DNA of 64,000 bases from positions 31,751,112-31,815,111 of the forward strand of contig OZ316891.1 in assembly GCA_973895155.1 (NCBI GenBank). The letters run 5' to 3'. Below are positions 25,088 through 37,869 of this stretch, one piece after another. Source of the stretch: Marsupella aquatica. Its lineage: Eukaryota > Plantae > Marchantiophyta. Position 1 is the stretch's first letter; each line of letters starts with the position of its first letter. The position numbers were made by a program, and so were the translations under genes. Under the pieces are notes generated by a model. The model saw only the letters and a program-made list of their open reading frames with translations, was not told the DNA's origin and did no database searches.

Positions 25088-26244
25088 AATGATAGTGTGA
25101 TATTCATTCTATTTTGGTGCAATGAGAACCGTCATCTCCTCGTCAGTCCAATCTGGCAACCATCATCAGAAAGCATGCCATCATCAAAAAGGAAAGGGTC
25201 CACAGCTCAGAAAAAAGCATTGGGAACTGTGTGGTCTGGTACATTCCACTTTGGAACCCGACGGTCCATGAGCGTAGGTTTTAGTCCAGTAGGAAGATAA
25301 ATGAATCCCGCATTGACTCCAAATGATCTTTCCTTTCCTCCTCTGATGACTCCTTTTTCTCGGGAACCCGACTTGATTAAGTCCTTTCCCCATTTCTTAG
25401 CATCTGTCACCCACTCTGGTTTCTCTTCTTTGTTGAAAGCACTCTCAATAAATTCTTGTATGATTTGTTTCCACCATGCAATGCCTTGTGTTATGAGTTA
25501 AACCTAACCCGTTAACCCTAGGTAATAGAGGTTAAGGAGTAGTTACATAACTACCTCCATATAACCCCACATATGTACCAAACATTAACATTATTATTGA
25601 TGTTGGAGATTGGAGTACATTCTGGCTATGGTGTCCTCATTCTAACACGTTATCAGCACGTCTCATTGAGCAATGTACATAGGCCAATAGTAGAAGAACT
25701 TACGAACATGCAATTTGATTACCCTCCATCTATAGGAAAGAAATTGAATACATCCTCAGGACGATAGTACAGCCATGAAAGGACAATTTTACATAGTTGT
25801 TTCCCCTTAAGACCCAGGAAGGATTGAAATCATAGGAACAGTCTTCCTCCCACACATGACCTGTTATGCAATCCCACATTCAAAGACCAAGATGTACATG
25901 GCCCGGAAATAGCACAGATTACACTCAGGATTCCGAAGACCATTGATAACAACAACTCCAAAGTGCGCCCTCATGAAATTGCCCAAGATTATGGACATTT
26001 GATTGCGTACAGACAACATCGAGTATAAATTCACAACAGGAAGCGGCCTACAAAGGGAAGTCATACAAACATTTGTGAATCCCTAATCATTGATCAAGGA
26101 TCTAATATTTACTCATGTCATAGTACCACTACGAAATTAAGCTCACACACCAAATTGTGAGAGGGGGATCATTGACATTTCAAAACCGTTGAGAAGGCCT
26201 ACAATATCTGCATCAGAAGAAGACCATAAATAAACTACACTTAT

Positions 26245-28293
26245 ATGGCAAAACTGACGCTAGAAAAAAAAAGCTTCCAAGAATTGGCCATAGATGGATC
26301 AAATTATCTATCTTGGTCCCTAGATATGGAGGCACATTTAGCAGCTAAGGACATACCAGATACTATAATCACAGATAATGGGCCCACATTACGTGAAAAA
26401 GCTAAGGCCCTGGTTTTCATAAGGCACCACCTAGCAAAGGCCTTGAAAACCCAATACTTAAATGAGTACAATCCGAGAATACTATGGGACAAATTAAAAC
26501 TCCGATTTGATCATATGCGATTGATCTCAGTGCCAGCAGCGAGACATGATTGGATCAACCTAAGGGTCCAAGACCACAAGACCATAGCAGAGTACAATAG
26601 CAAATTATTTTGCATAGTATCCGGGATAGTATCACAACTCGCGGTCTGCGGCAACCCAGTTGACGATGCTGAGCAGATCGAGAAGACCCTGTCGACGTTC
26701 CACCCAACAAATTTGGTATTAGCGGCTCAATACAGAAATATGGCATTCACAAGATACTCCCAGTTAATAGCACATATGTTATTAGCAGAGAAGCACCAAA
26801 TCTTACTTATGGAGAATTCAAAAACAAGGCCCTCGGGTACTCTCCCACCCTTAACAAAACCAGAATCACAATATAACAGCAATAATCAAAGGGGTTTCAG
26901 GGGGAGGAGTACCTACAGGGGGCGGGGTGGACAACCTGCAGGAAGAGGAAGAAACCAATTTCCCAGAGGAAGAGGTGCAGGACGCATCAATAACTCTGTA
27001 AATGACAGACCAAGGTGGCAGAGCCGAAACACGGATCGCGGCAGAGGGCATGGAAGAATCAGCAACTACGGCATACCAGATAAGAGATACAACCCAATCA
27101 AATGCTTTAGATGTGGTACACAAGGACACACAAGAAAAGATTGCAGGGCTCTGGCATCACACCTAGTTAATCTTTACCAGGATTCAATAAACAAACCTAC
27201 AAAAGAACCCCAAGGCAATTTCCTAGAATTACATCAAGAGCTCACGCAATATGTTACCGAACCCCCATCACCGGAAATACATACAATTACCTATGGAGCG
27301 GAGGATTCCAAACTAGCAGACCCAACACTCTGTATAATCGACAGCGGCACCTCACACACAATTTTAAAAGAGAGAAAATACTTCACCAACATTACCCCAT
27401 CATCAAGAACCATCACAACAATTTCTGGCCAAAAACAGATAGAACACGGGCATGGTCCAGCTACTGTCACACTCCCAAGAGGGACTGTGATCCACATTGA
27501 ATCTACAATTTATGCACCAACAGCCACCAGAAATCTGATTAGCTTTTTGGACATCCGAGCAAATGAACTACATATCTCCACCAGCACCCACAACAATCAA
27601 GAAGTCTTGCAAATCCTTAAGAAAACACCCAAGGGACTACAAGTCCAAGAAATACTCCAGGCACAACCCCCAGGATTATATGTGACTCCAATACAATCAC
27701 ACTATCCTGAGCATAAAAAGCAGCATATTGCCATTACTTGGCATCACCGGTTGGGACACCCTGGCACAAACATGTACCATAAAATTCTTAAAGACTCAGT
27801 GGGCATCCCACAAGCAGCAAAAACATCCTTTAAACATGATCCTTGCATAGCATGTTTGCAGGGTAAATTTATTACTCGCCCATCGATTACCAAGACAGTG
27901 TATACTATCCCTAAGTTCCTGGAACACCTCAACGCTGACGTTTGCGGCCCTATCGAGCCATCCAATGGCCCATTCAGATTCTTTTTGGTTATGATTGACT
28001 CATCAACCAAGTGGTCACAGGTGTCCCTCATATCCACAAGAAACTTAGTATTCTCACGAATATTAGTCAATATACTTAAGTTGAGAGCACAGTTCCCGGA
28101 ACATCCCATAAGAATATTGAGAGTTGATGGAGCTGGGGAATTCACTTCAAAGACATTCAATGAATTCTGCCTTACCGCTGGAATAGAAGCCCAGTATCCC
28201 GTCCCATATGTACATTTCCAAAACGGGATGGCAGAGTCAGTGATCAAAAGAATACAACTCAGTGCACGTCCACTATTGATGCAAAGCCACTAG
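26245..28293 (+). CDS. Copia Gag-protease-partial integrase
   Basis: CFRCGTQGHTRKDC knuckle, IDSGT protease, WHHRLGHP...CIAC, ADVCGP, RVDGAGEF, QNGMAE. Confidence 0.9.
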   Translation: MAKLTLEKKSFQELAIDGSNYLSWSLDMEAHLAAKDIPDTIITDNGPTLREKAKALVFIRHHLAKALKTQYLNEYNPRILWDKLKLRFDHMRLISVPAARHDWINLRVQDHKTIAEYNSKLFCIVSGIVSQLAVCGNPVDDAEQIEKTLSTFHPTNLVLAAQYRNMAFTRYSQLIAHMLLAEKHQILLMENSKTRPSGTLPPLTKPESQYNSNNQRGFRGRSTYRGRGGQPAGRGRNQFPRGRGAGRINNSVNDRPRWQSRNTDRGRGHGRISNYGIPDKRYNPIKCFRCGTQGHTRKDCRALASHLVNLYQDSINKPTKEPQGNFLELHQELTQYVTEPPSPEIHTITYGAEDSKLADPTLCIIDSGTSHTILKERKYFTNITPSSRTITTISGQKQIEHGHGPATVTLPRGTVIHIESTIYAPTATRNLISFLDIRANELHISTSTHNNQEVLQILKKTPKGLQVQEILQAQPPGLYVTPIQSHYPEHKKQHIAITWHHRLGHPGTNMYHKILKDSVGIPQAAKTSFKHDPCIACLQGKFITRPSITKTVYTIPKFLEHLNADVCGPIEPSNGPFRFFLVMIDSSTKWSQVSLISTRNLVFSRILVNILKLRAQFPEHPIRILRVDGAGEFTSKTFNEFCLTAGIEAQYPVPYVHFQNGMAESVIKRIQLSARPLLMQSH

Positions 28294-28300
28294 TGAACAG

Positions 28301-29032
28301 GTGCTGGGGCCTGAAAAGCCCTATCTCTCAGCGATTGGAGCCCTCCTTTACCTAGCAAATCAGACAAGACCCGACATCAGCTTCGCTGTCAGCCTACTGG
28401 CCAGACACGGATCACAACCAACGATCAGACATTGGAATGGAATAAAGAGGGTCCTTCGCTACTTACAAGGGACAGTGGACATGGGATTATACTTCCCCAA
28501 GAATTCGACCCCAATTTTGACAGGATTCGCAGATGCAGGGTATTTGTCGGACCTAGATGATGCGAAGTCCCAAACGGGCTACGTTTTCCTGCAGGGCACA
28601 ACAGCGATTTTGTGGAAAAGCACGAAGCAGTCTTTGACAGCCACATCCTCCAACCATGCAGAAATTATAGCACTGTACGAAGCAACAAGAGAATGTGTGT
28701 GGCTTAGACACTTAATTGACCATATTAATCACAGCACTGGCAAACCACTGCTAACAGAACCTACCATCCTTTATGAAGACAATCGACCTTGCGTGGACCA
28801 GATCGCCAAAGGATTTATCAAAGGTGACAGAATCAAACACATTGCCCCGAAATTATTTTACGCACATGAACAACACGGAGAGAAGATTCAAGTTAAGTGG
28901 ATACCAACAAAAGATAACAGAGCTGACCTCTTTACGAAGCCCCTGCCTCCCGTCCTCCACAAGGCACATACATTTGGCATCGGCATGAGACAACTCACAG
29001 ACTTGTTACGCCCAGAAACAGAAAAGAATTAA
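28301..29032 (+). CDS. Copia RT C-terminus and RNase H
   Basis: YLSAIGALLYL, TRPDISFAV, GFADA, YEDN, ADLFTKPL. Confidence 0.9.
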   Translation: MLGPEKPYLSAIGALLYLANQTRPDISFAVSLLARHGSQPTIRHWNGIKRVLRYLQGTVDMGLYFPKNSTPILTGFADAGYLSDLDDAKSQTGYVFLQGTTAILWKSTKQSLTATSSNHAEIIALYEATRECVWLRHLIDHINHSTGKPLLTEPTILYEDNRPCVDQIAKGFIKGDRIKHIAPKLFYAHEQHGEKIQVKWIPTKDNRADLFTKPLPPVLHKAHTFGIGMRQLTDLLRPETEKN

Positions 29033-30079
29033 GATGACAGCCGAGATTACTTACCTGTACTTGAAAGAATGCAACTCGACGAATGATCGCTACAACGACC
29101 TCTTTCAATAGCGCTCCTTGATGACTAGCGCGGGGACCAGTGTCTACGACTCGCGCACCTCCTAGCAGCCAACAACACTCCAAGAAACTACATTCCACCT
29201 CCAAGGCGCTTTGTTCCCCTTCGACAAACCCGTCACCAGACCTAACAACGTCATCGACTAAACGTCGACTCTACCACTACCCAGCCGAAGACTTACTCCC
29301 CGCAGACTTTGCCCTTACACGCTCATTCTCCTTTTCGATAGTTACTCGAACAATTTCTCATATATTATGTTAAGACACTTACCTTAACTTAGATTAAACT
29401 TATAAACAGTCTTAGATCAATTAGACTTTCATTACTTTTAATCATTTCCTCAAGGGTCCCACATTATGTAATGGTTGTGGCACTCTTTCCCTTATAGTTA
29501 GAAGAAGGGTTTTGATGAGACCAAACCAAATTGATGGGCACCACTACGGGTTAAGCTTTCCCCTACTATGGTTGATTTTTGACTATCCCCAAATTCAACC
29601 AAGGGGGAGTGTTATGAGTTAAACCTAACCCGTTAACCCTAGGTAATACAGGTTAAGGAGTAGTTACATAACTACCTCCATATAACCCCACATATGTACC
29701 AAACATTAACATTATTATTGATGTTGGAGATTGGAGTACATTCTGGCTATGGTGTCCTCATTCTAACACCTTGAAGATTTACTCTTGAAGTTTCTCACAT
29801 CTCTCTCAAGACCGCAGGGGCATTATCCCGGGAAGATTATCCTGCTTGAATTGCCCTTTTCTTCTTCTTCTTTGTACTGGTTGCATCTAGAGTAACGATC
29901 TCTTTTGCTTTCTCAACGGGAGTGACAAGGTCTGATTGGGCGCTGGTATTAGCTTCAGAAGGTTCAGGAGTAGCATCAACCTTTGTGTCGTCAGTTGCAA
30001 TGTCTGACTTTCTCCCACCTAAAGGAAAAAACATAATACAATCAATGTTCTCCAAGAAAGTTTGCCGCAAGTGCTCTTG

Positions 30080-33000
30080 TGTTATAAGGGACAAAACCCT
30101 AACCCTACTTACCCTAGAACATAGGAGGTTACCTAACCGCCATACCATGTACTACATAGGGAGAGATTTCCACTCCCACAATGCAATGAAGGAAGTGAGC
30201 TTGCTGGTGTATTGAACGTCCATGATTAATCCATATTACGTTATCAGCACGACTCTATCCTTGGAGCACAATTCTTGATTTTTCCTTAAGCAATCGATTC
30301 AGTGAACCGATATGCACATTTCGAATTATTGATTGAACCAAGGATCAATTTTTTTTTCTCAAACGACACCTTGAAGGATCAGGAGCGCTGACATCTGAAC
30401 ACCGAATACCCACATTGAAATTTGCTCTTTGATCAATACGAGGAAGTTTCTTCTTCACCGTTTTCTTTCCATTTGAATTTCTTAGACCTCAATGCCACAA
30501 CTGATTTAAAGAATTCAGGCAGAGCATAACTCACAAATCGCTTGATATAACTCGATTTGAGATCCTATCATCATAACTTCCATCACCATGAATTCGATAG
30601 AGAAGCTTCAATTTAAGGCTCTAACTATTGATGGTGCCAATTATTTATCCTGGTCACTTGATGTCGAAGCATATCTTTACTCAAAAGACCTACAGGACAC
30701 TATTTTAACCGATGCAGGCCTAACATTACAGCAAAAGGCGAGAGCATTAATCTTCATACGCCACCACCTTGCAGAGCCACTCAAGATTCAATATCTCAAT
30801 CAATACAACCCCCGAATTCTTTGGGAAGATCTCAAATCACGGTTCGATCACATGAGCCTAGTCTCTCTGCCGGCTGCACGCCATGACTGGATAAATTTGC
30901 GTGTACAGGACCACACTTCTATATCAAACTACAATGGAGAACTTTTTCGCATCACCTCTCAACTCACAATCTGTGGCCACCCAGTTAATGACGCCGAGCA
31001 GATTGAAAGAACCCTATCAACGTTCAGTGCCGGAAATCTCATCCTTGCATCCCAATACCGAAACATGGATTTTACAAAATATTCCGAGCTAATTGCTCAT
31101 ATGCTTCTTGCTGAGAAGCACCAAATACTCCTACTGGAAAATGCAAAATCTCGCCCACCAGGTACAGCCGCTCCACCACCCAAACCTGAAATCAATTTCA
31201 ACAGACAAAATGATAAGATCCGAGGCAGAGGACGTGGCACATTCAGGGGGAGAGGACAACGACCATTTATCAGAGGCAGAAACCAACAAAGGGGCAGAGG
31301 CTATGGACAATTCCATAATTTGGAATATCAATCTTCTGGACATTTTTATCGAGGAAGAGGACAACGTGGACGAGGTAATGGATACAGAGGCAGAGGCCGT
31401 AGCGGAGGCCGTGGCCGAGGACCTAATAGTTGGACCAGAGAGAACGAAAATCTGACTGAATGTTTCAGGTGCGGCACAAAGGGTCACCTACAGAAAAATT
31501 GCCGATCTCCTGCCCACCTGGTCCAACTTTATAAACAAAGCATGGAATTACCTAGTAATGAAGCCCATGGAAACTATATGGAAACTACAGATGATATTGA
31601 GGGATATGCACCAGAAGTACATACTGCCCAATTAGGAGCTAATCCCTCTATGCTCGATGATCATCACAACTGTATTGTCAATAGCGGCACATCTCATTCC
31701 ATCCTACGCCATAAAGATTATTTCCTACGTATCACTCCATCCCACAGATCCATGACAACCATAACTGGACCTAATCATATAGAGGAAGGTTATGGTCCAG
31801 CACAAGTCAGATTCCCCAAGGGTACAATTCTCCACATAGACTCCGCCATTTATGCTCCGCGGGCTACTTGAAACCTGATAAGTTTCAGTGATATACGCGC
31901 CAATAAATTCCACATTCATACAGAGACATGTGGCAACCGTGAGGTCCTACATATCCTGGAAAATACCACATCAGGGAGATTAGTGCGAGAGATACTCCCC
32001 ATATATCCCCCAGGACTCTACATCACCCGAATCTATTCATATCATGCTACAAGTACTTCACTGACTTTAACACAAATATGGCATAATCGCCTTGGACATC
32101 CTGGTACAAGTATGTACCACAATATACTTAAGGCTACCGTGGGCATACCTAAAGGCGTTCACCCATCTGCTACCAGCAAACCCTGCCTCGCATGCTCACA
32201 AGGAAAAATGGTTACCCGTCCCTCACCATCCAAGACAATACATCAGATACCACAATTTTTGGAGAGAATACACGCTGATGTCTGTGGCCCCATTGACCCT
32301 CCTTCTGGCCCATTCCGATATTTCCTAGTTATCATTGATGCCTCTACTAAGTGGTCACAGGTCTCCCTGCTCTCTACCTGTAACCTGGTCTTCCCACGAA
32401 TATTATCGCACATATTGAAATTAAAATACCAATTCCCAGAGAATCCCATCAAAACCATTAGAGTTGATAACGCGGGGGAATTTACCTCCAAAACTTTCGA
32501 TACCTTCTGTGAAACTGCAGGTATCAATACAGAATATCCGGTTCCACATGTTCACTTTCAGAATGGTCTTGCAGAATCCATAATCAAACGAATACAGATG
32601 GTGGCCAGACCTCTCCTGATGCAGTCAAATTTACCAGCATCAGCTTGGGGCCATGCGGTCCTGCATGCAGCTACTCTTATTTGACTGAGACCGTCCTCAT
32701 TTAATACACAGACCCCACATTTTCTAGCATATGGATTACCACCAGACATCACACATCTATGAATTTTTGGCTGCCTGGTACTTGTCCCAATTTTAGGTCC
32801 CAAGAGAACTAAAATGGGACCTCAGAGACAGCGCGGTATCTATGTGGGCTTTGACTCATGCTCTATTATAAGATATTTGGAACCTTCCACAACAGATGTT
32901 TTTAAAGCACGGTTCCAAGACTGCCATTTCTTTGAAGACGATTTTCCAACCCTTACAGAAGATCCCAAGAGAAATGGCGATGTACCAGTGAAAGACTTAC

Positions 33001-36000
33001 AATGGTTGTCTCCTCGCCTGCTTACAGAGGACCACCAAACTAAAGAAACAGATCTAGAAGTACAACGTGTTCTCCACTTACAACAGATGCTTATGAAACT
33101 TCCTGATGCATTCGACGATGCAGCCACTGTCACTCGCTCACACATCGAAGCAGCCAACATACCAGCTCGAATTTCTCGGCAGCCTACACCAGCCACTCAC
33201 GCTGCACCCAAGGCCAAAAGAGGACGCCCACTGGGATCCAAGGACTCTCATCCAAGACAGTCCCGCACAAGTGTAGCTCGTCCATCTCCCACCATTACAC
33301 CAACCATAGAACCATCTTCACAAGGACCAGCCGATAATGAGGAGATCACAATTAATTACGTACATACCGGGAAGATAATGCAGCGTGATACAATCCGAAT
33401 TGATGATATCTTTGCATTCCAGATTTCCGAGGACATTATCAATACAACTCCTGATCCCCTAACCATTGCTGAGGCCCGAACTCGCCCGGATGGCCACAAT
33501 GGGAGCTAGCTATCAATTCAGAACTGGACTCCCTAATCAGACGAAAAGTTTTTGGGCCCATCATTCCTGCACCTGCCGGACTTCATCTTACAGGATACAG
33601 ATTTATTTTTGTTAGAAAACGAAATGCGAAAGGAGAAGTTATCAGACATAAAGCGCGCCTAGTCGCGAAGGGCTATACCCAGATCCCCGGTCGGGACTTT
33701 GATCAAACATACTCTCCTGTCATGGATTCCATCACATATAGATATCTTATTGCATATGCTCTTATCCACAAACTAGTAATGCATATTTTAGATGTGATTA
33801 TTGCCTATCTATATGGTATCCTTGATACCAAAATTTATATGAAGGCACCCCCCGAACTCATCAAGCGATTGACGTTTCACATTGAGGGGGAGAAAACCGG
33901 TAAACTAAGCCCAGGTCTACAACCTGGAGTACAACAAACTTGTCCTACAGGCAATTTGACTTCAGTGACGATTGAGACTGGACCTTTAGTCCCAACCACA
34001 CAAGATGTGCTACACACATCCGCTCAGAGGAAACGAATGTCTTCCTCACAGGTTACCCCTGTTACACAAACAAAGAAAGTTAAAAGAGAACTTGCAGTTC
34101 AAGTACTTTGCTCTCTATATGGTTTAAAACAGAGTGGGCGGACCTGGTATAAACGCTTCAAAGCTGAAATGATTGCACTGAATTTTATTACTGACGATAT
34201 TGCCCCTTGCCTATTTCTCAAACAGGACGGAAATGAATTCGTCATTATAGCAATTTATGTTGACGACATCAATATTTTTGGCACAACAAAAATTACAGCT
34301 GATACAATAGACATCCTGAAGAAGATATTCGAGATGCGGGACATAGGTAAACCCACCTATTGCTTGGGCTTACAGTTTAATCACTTGCATCATGGCATAC
34401 TCATTACTCAATCTACCTATACTGAGAAAGTATTAAAACAGTTTAACATGGAGACTGCTTACCCTGTTAGCACTCCTATGGATCTGAGATCCTCAGATCC
34501 TGCAAAGGATACATTCAGGAAATGGACTGCACCAGAAGCCATTCTTGGCCCAGAAAAGCCTTACCTCTCAGCAATCGGGGCTCTCATGTACCTGGCTACA
34601 CAGTCCCGTCCTGATATCTCTTTTGCAGTCAATCTTCTTGCACGCCATAGTGCCAAACCCACTATTCGTCACTGGAATGGCGTAAAGCGAGTATTCCGTT
34701 ACCTGCGAGGAACCACAGACCTGGGACTATTCTTTCCCAAGCAGTCAGAAAATCTATTGGTGGGATATGCAGATGCAGGATACCTTTCAGACCCTGACGA
34801 TGCAAAATCCCAGACGGGATATGTTTTTCTTCAAGGAGGTACTGCTATCTCCTGGAGAAGCTGCAAACAAACATTGACAGCTACTTCGTCCAACCACGCG
34901 GAAATCATTGCCCTCTACGAAGCCACTAGGGAATGCATTTGGTTAAGAAACTTGATGGATCATATTCATACACACACAGGGAACTCTCGTTTGGATAAAC
35001 CTATGATTATCTATGAAGATAATCGACCCTGTGTCGATCAGATAGTGCAGGGTTTTATCAAAGGCGATCGTATTAAACATATAGCACCTAAATTCTTTTA
35101 TACACATGAGCAGCACGGCGGACAGGTCAATGTACAGTGGATTCCTAGCAAGGAAAATCGAGCAGATTTATTTACGAAACCACTACCATCATCTCTCCAC
35201 AGAGAACATACATATGGTATAGGCATGAGAAGCATGACCTCACTGCTGCAGGGCATCGATAGATAAATCGGAACTGACATTATTGATGCAACGCATTCAT
35301 GAATATCTCAACATTTCTTACACACAGGCTACAGTTTCGAATATCTATAGATAACCAGCGATATACTCTACTACCATTCTGTCACTCGACATTCGACTTA
35401 TACTCATCCGCAAGCTGAATAACAGAACCGAGCTCAGGATATATCTACAAATCAAGAATCGAGAGAGATAGACGTCAACTAGCAACCAACTCATTTTCGC
35501 ACTTAATCACACATAAGCGCAACATCTTCTTACCGTCCGAGCTTTATTGATTATGACCGAGTTATTGCACCGAACAAACCAAGCGCAGGACGACGCCAAA
35601 CTCCAGGACCCTGGGCGCACAACCGCGAACAACGGAAGTAGCAGCAGTCGACCCCAACAACGACTCAATCGCCACTTCTCGACTCAACTTCTTGACTCAA
35701 TAGCCATCCACATTCTACCTCAGCAATGCCGCGCAGCAACATCTGATCACAGAGCAATCTCCGATTTCCCGTTCCCATCGATTACCTCGAAGTTCAAGCT
35801 TCAACTCACGAAGGAGACTATCGAATGCATACCTAGTCTGTAATTTTTTTTTTACACTTAGCCTTACACTCAATAGTCAATAGAACTTAGATTTACTTTT
35901 ACAGATACAAACTACTTATCGTTATAATTCTTTGATATATTTCATTTTTGGCCTTAGACCATGTAATAGTAGTGGCACTCTTCCCATGATTGAAGCATGG

Positions 36001-36274
36001 TTTTAATGAGACCATACTACACTTTGGCCAAATAATAGACATATCATTACAAGGGTTAGTTTTTCCCCATACTTTTATGGTTGTTTGAAATATTTTTCAT
36101 TCAACCAAGGGGGAGTGTTATAAGGGACAAAACCCTAACCCTACTTACCCTAGAACATAGGAGGTTACATAACCGCCATACCATGTACTACATAGGGAGA
36201 GATTTCCACTCCCACAATGCAATGAAGGAAGTGAGCTTGCTGGTGTATTGAATGTCCATGATTAATCCATATTA
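30080..36274 (+). mobile_element. Ty1/copia LTR retrotransposon (Bianca-type), full length
   Basis: LTRs 30080-30238 and 36116-36274 (159 bp, 2 mismatches, TG..TA); TSD TCTTG; PBS CGTTATCAGCACG at 30239-30251; PPT AAGGGGGAG just before 36116. Confidence 0.95.
30588..35266 (+). pseudogene. Copia gag-pol (Gag, PR, INT, RT, RH) with premature stops and a frameshift
   Basis: ORFs 30588-31871, 31983-32684, 32814-33509 and 33722-35266; LYGLKQSGRTW, IYVDDI, ADLFTKPL. Confidence 0.93.
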
Positions 36275-36955
36275 TCTTGTTTATTATCGCCCTCCAAGAA
36301 AAAACCCTTTCCAACGGAACTGTCGGACTACATACCAAACAAAAAATTGACAACATTTCTCCAAAGAAGAACTTGTGAACAAGTGATATTCATATGCAGA
36401 GCATGTAAGCTGCAAATTGGGCAGGCTCGACAATTCTTTCAGAACAAGAAATTGAAGCAAGTGGGAACAAAATTGATCGAGGTTGTGATCGATGGGCGCG
36501 CAATAAAAGAAGCTCGTAACCGGAGACATCCTTCAAAGTTTAACATGTCTGAAAATAGAGGCAAATGCACATAATTGCAGGCAGCAAGAGACGTCACCCA
36601 AGAATTGAGTAGAAATAGAACCAGGATGGGGAGACAAAACAGTTTCAATGGCTGAAACAGAGATGCTGTCCCGCTTCCTTGGGCACTAAGAGTTGAGTAG
36701 TATTGTTGCCCAGCACTTAAGGGTTGAAACGCAGGAGAACATCGAGTATAGCTAGGGCCTCCCTAGGAATTCTCTGCCCAAAGGACACCACAAGAGGCCG
36801 TGTAAAATTGGTATTGCGAACCTAACAGGGATCATTAGATTCGTCAGCATGCAGCTACACACAGCTCCCCGATCAGAGACTAAAGCGACATTAAATAATA
36901 CGTTACGATGAGTAATTTGTAGCAGATTGTGAATTCTGCAAGCATTATTAGCTTG
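36275..36955 (+). repeat. Left arm of a diverged inverted duplication (partner about 41507-42112)
   Basis: Collinear reverse-complement matches such as CAAAGAAGAACTTGTGAACAAGTG, CAAATTGGGCAGGCTCGACAATTC and CTAGGAATTCTCTGCCCAAAGGACA. The arm starts at about 30070, before the copia insertion. Confidence 0.9.
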
Positions 36956-37869
36956 CGACAGCCCGGGATTTGGGATAGCCACCGGGGATCTCTATGGATT
37001 CATGTAGAGACCTTGGTGGCGAGGAGGAGAAACCCTGCAAGGTGGTATTATTAAACCTGATCTGTCACTCAAAATTTCTCGCACAAACCTCGATCTGTCA
37101 CTTGCAATTCAGCTGAACTGAGCCCAGCTAACTGAGCCGAACTGCGATTTGACTGGGGTTTGAATGCCAAACAGTTTCCTCAAAGCAGTAGTGCTGCTGA
37201 TCCAATAGAGTTGAGGCAAACGAAGAGATCTGACTACACTATGATAACCTGAGGATTCTCAAAAGCCACAACTATCTGCATCACTTAGAGAATACATCCA
37301 CCCTTCACGACTCTTCAATTGTCTCAAGACCCGATTGCCACGGCAACCCATTCAAAATGTTTTATGAGGAAAGTCTGAATTATTCGGGAGTCACTCCACA
37401 TGGAATGCCATGATGGTTTGGGTTGTGAGGGTTGTGCGTGGACAGTTTGGGTTCAGGTGACGAAGGGTGAAGGTTTGAGGGTTGAGATTTTAGTATTTTG
37501 GGTCCCCTAATGCATGGTTCAAGGTGGAGGAGGGTTGTGGGTGGACAATTTGGATTGAGGTAAAGAAGGGTCGAGGTTTGGGTCACTCTGATGCAAGCGT
37601 TGAGTTGCTTATATTGTAACTAGCTCCGACTACCCATACTTTGAACGTCAATAGAGATGAGGACCAAAAAGTCCTTGAGACACAATATATTTGATGAAAT
37701 AATAAGAATTACCCATTCTTTGAACATCAATAGAGGTGAGGACAAAAAAGTGCCGAAGACAAAAAAAAGACCCAATACAATAATAAGAGTAGTGTAGGAA
37801 AAGACAACTTTTGGGAAATCCCCCTTGAGAAATTTTTACAGCAAGTGGGAAAGCTTGATGGCAAAATGG

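Larger units (their letters stand above)
25489..29768 (+). mobile_element. Ty1/copia LTR retrotransposon (Bianca-type), internally deleted, recent
   Basis: LTRs 25489-25647 and 29610-29768 (159 bp, 1 mismatch, TG..CA); TSD CCTTG; PBS CGTTATCAGCACG at 25648-25660; PPT AAGGGGGAG at 29601-29609. Confidence 0.95.
25170..30032 (-). pseudogene. Second, inverted copy of exon 3 of the ParB-MTase gene (25170-25488 plus 29769-30032), split by a copia element
   Basis: KWGKDLIKSGSREKGVIRGGKERSFGVNAGFIYLPTGLKPTLMDRRVPKWNVPDHTVP is identical to the peptide at 13785-13958. ATDDTKVDATPEPSEANT matches about 13464-13517, and the upstream splice acceptor is included. Confidence 0.9.
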
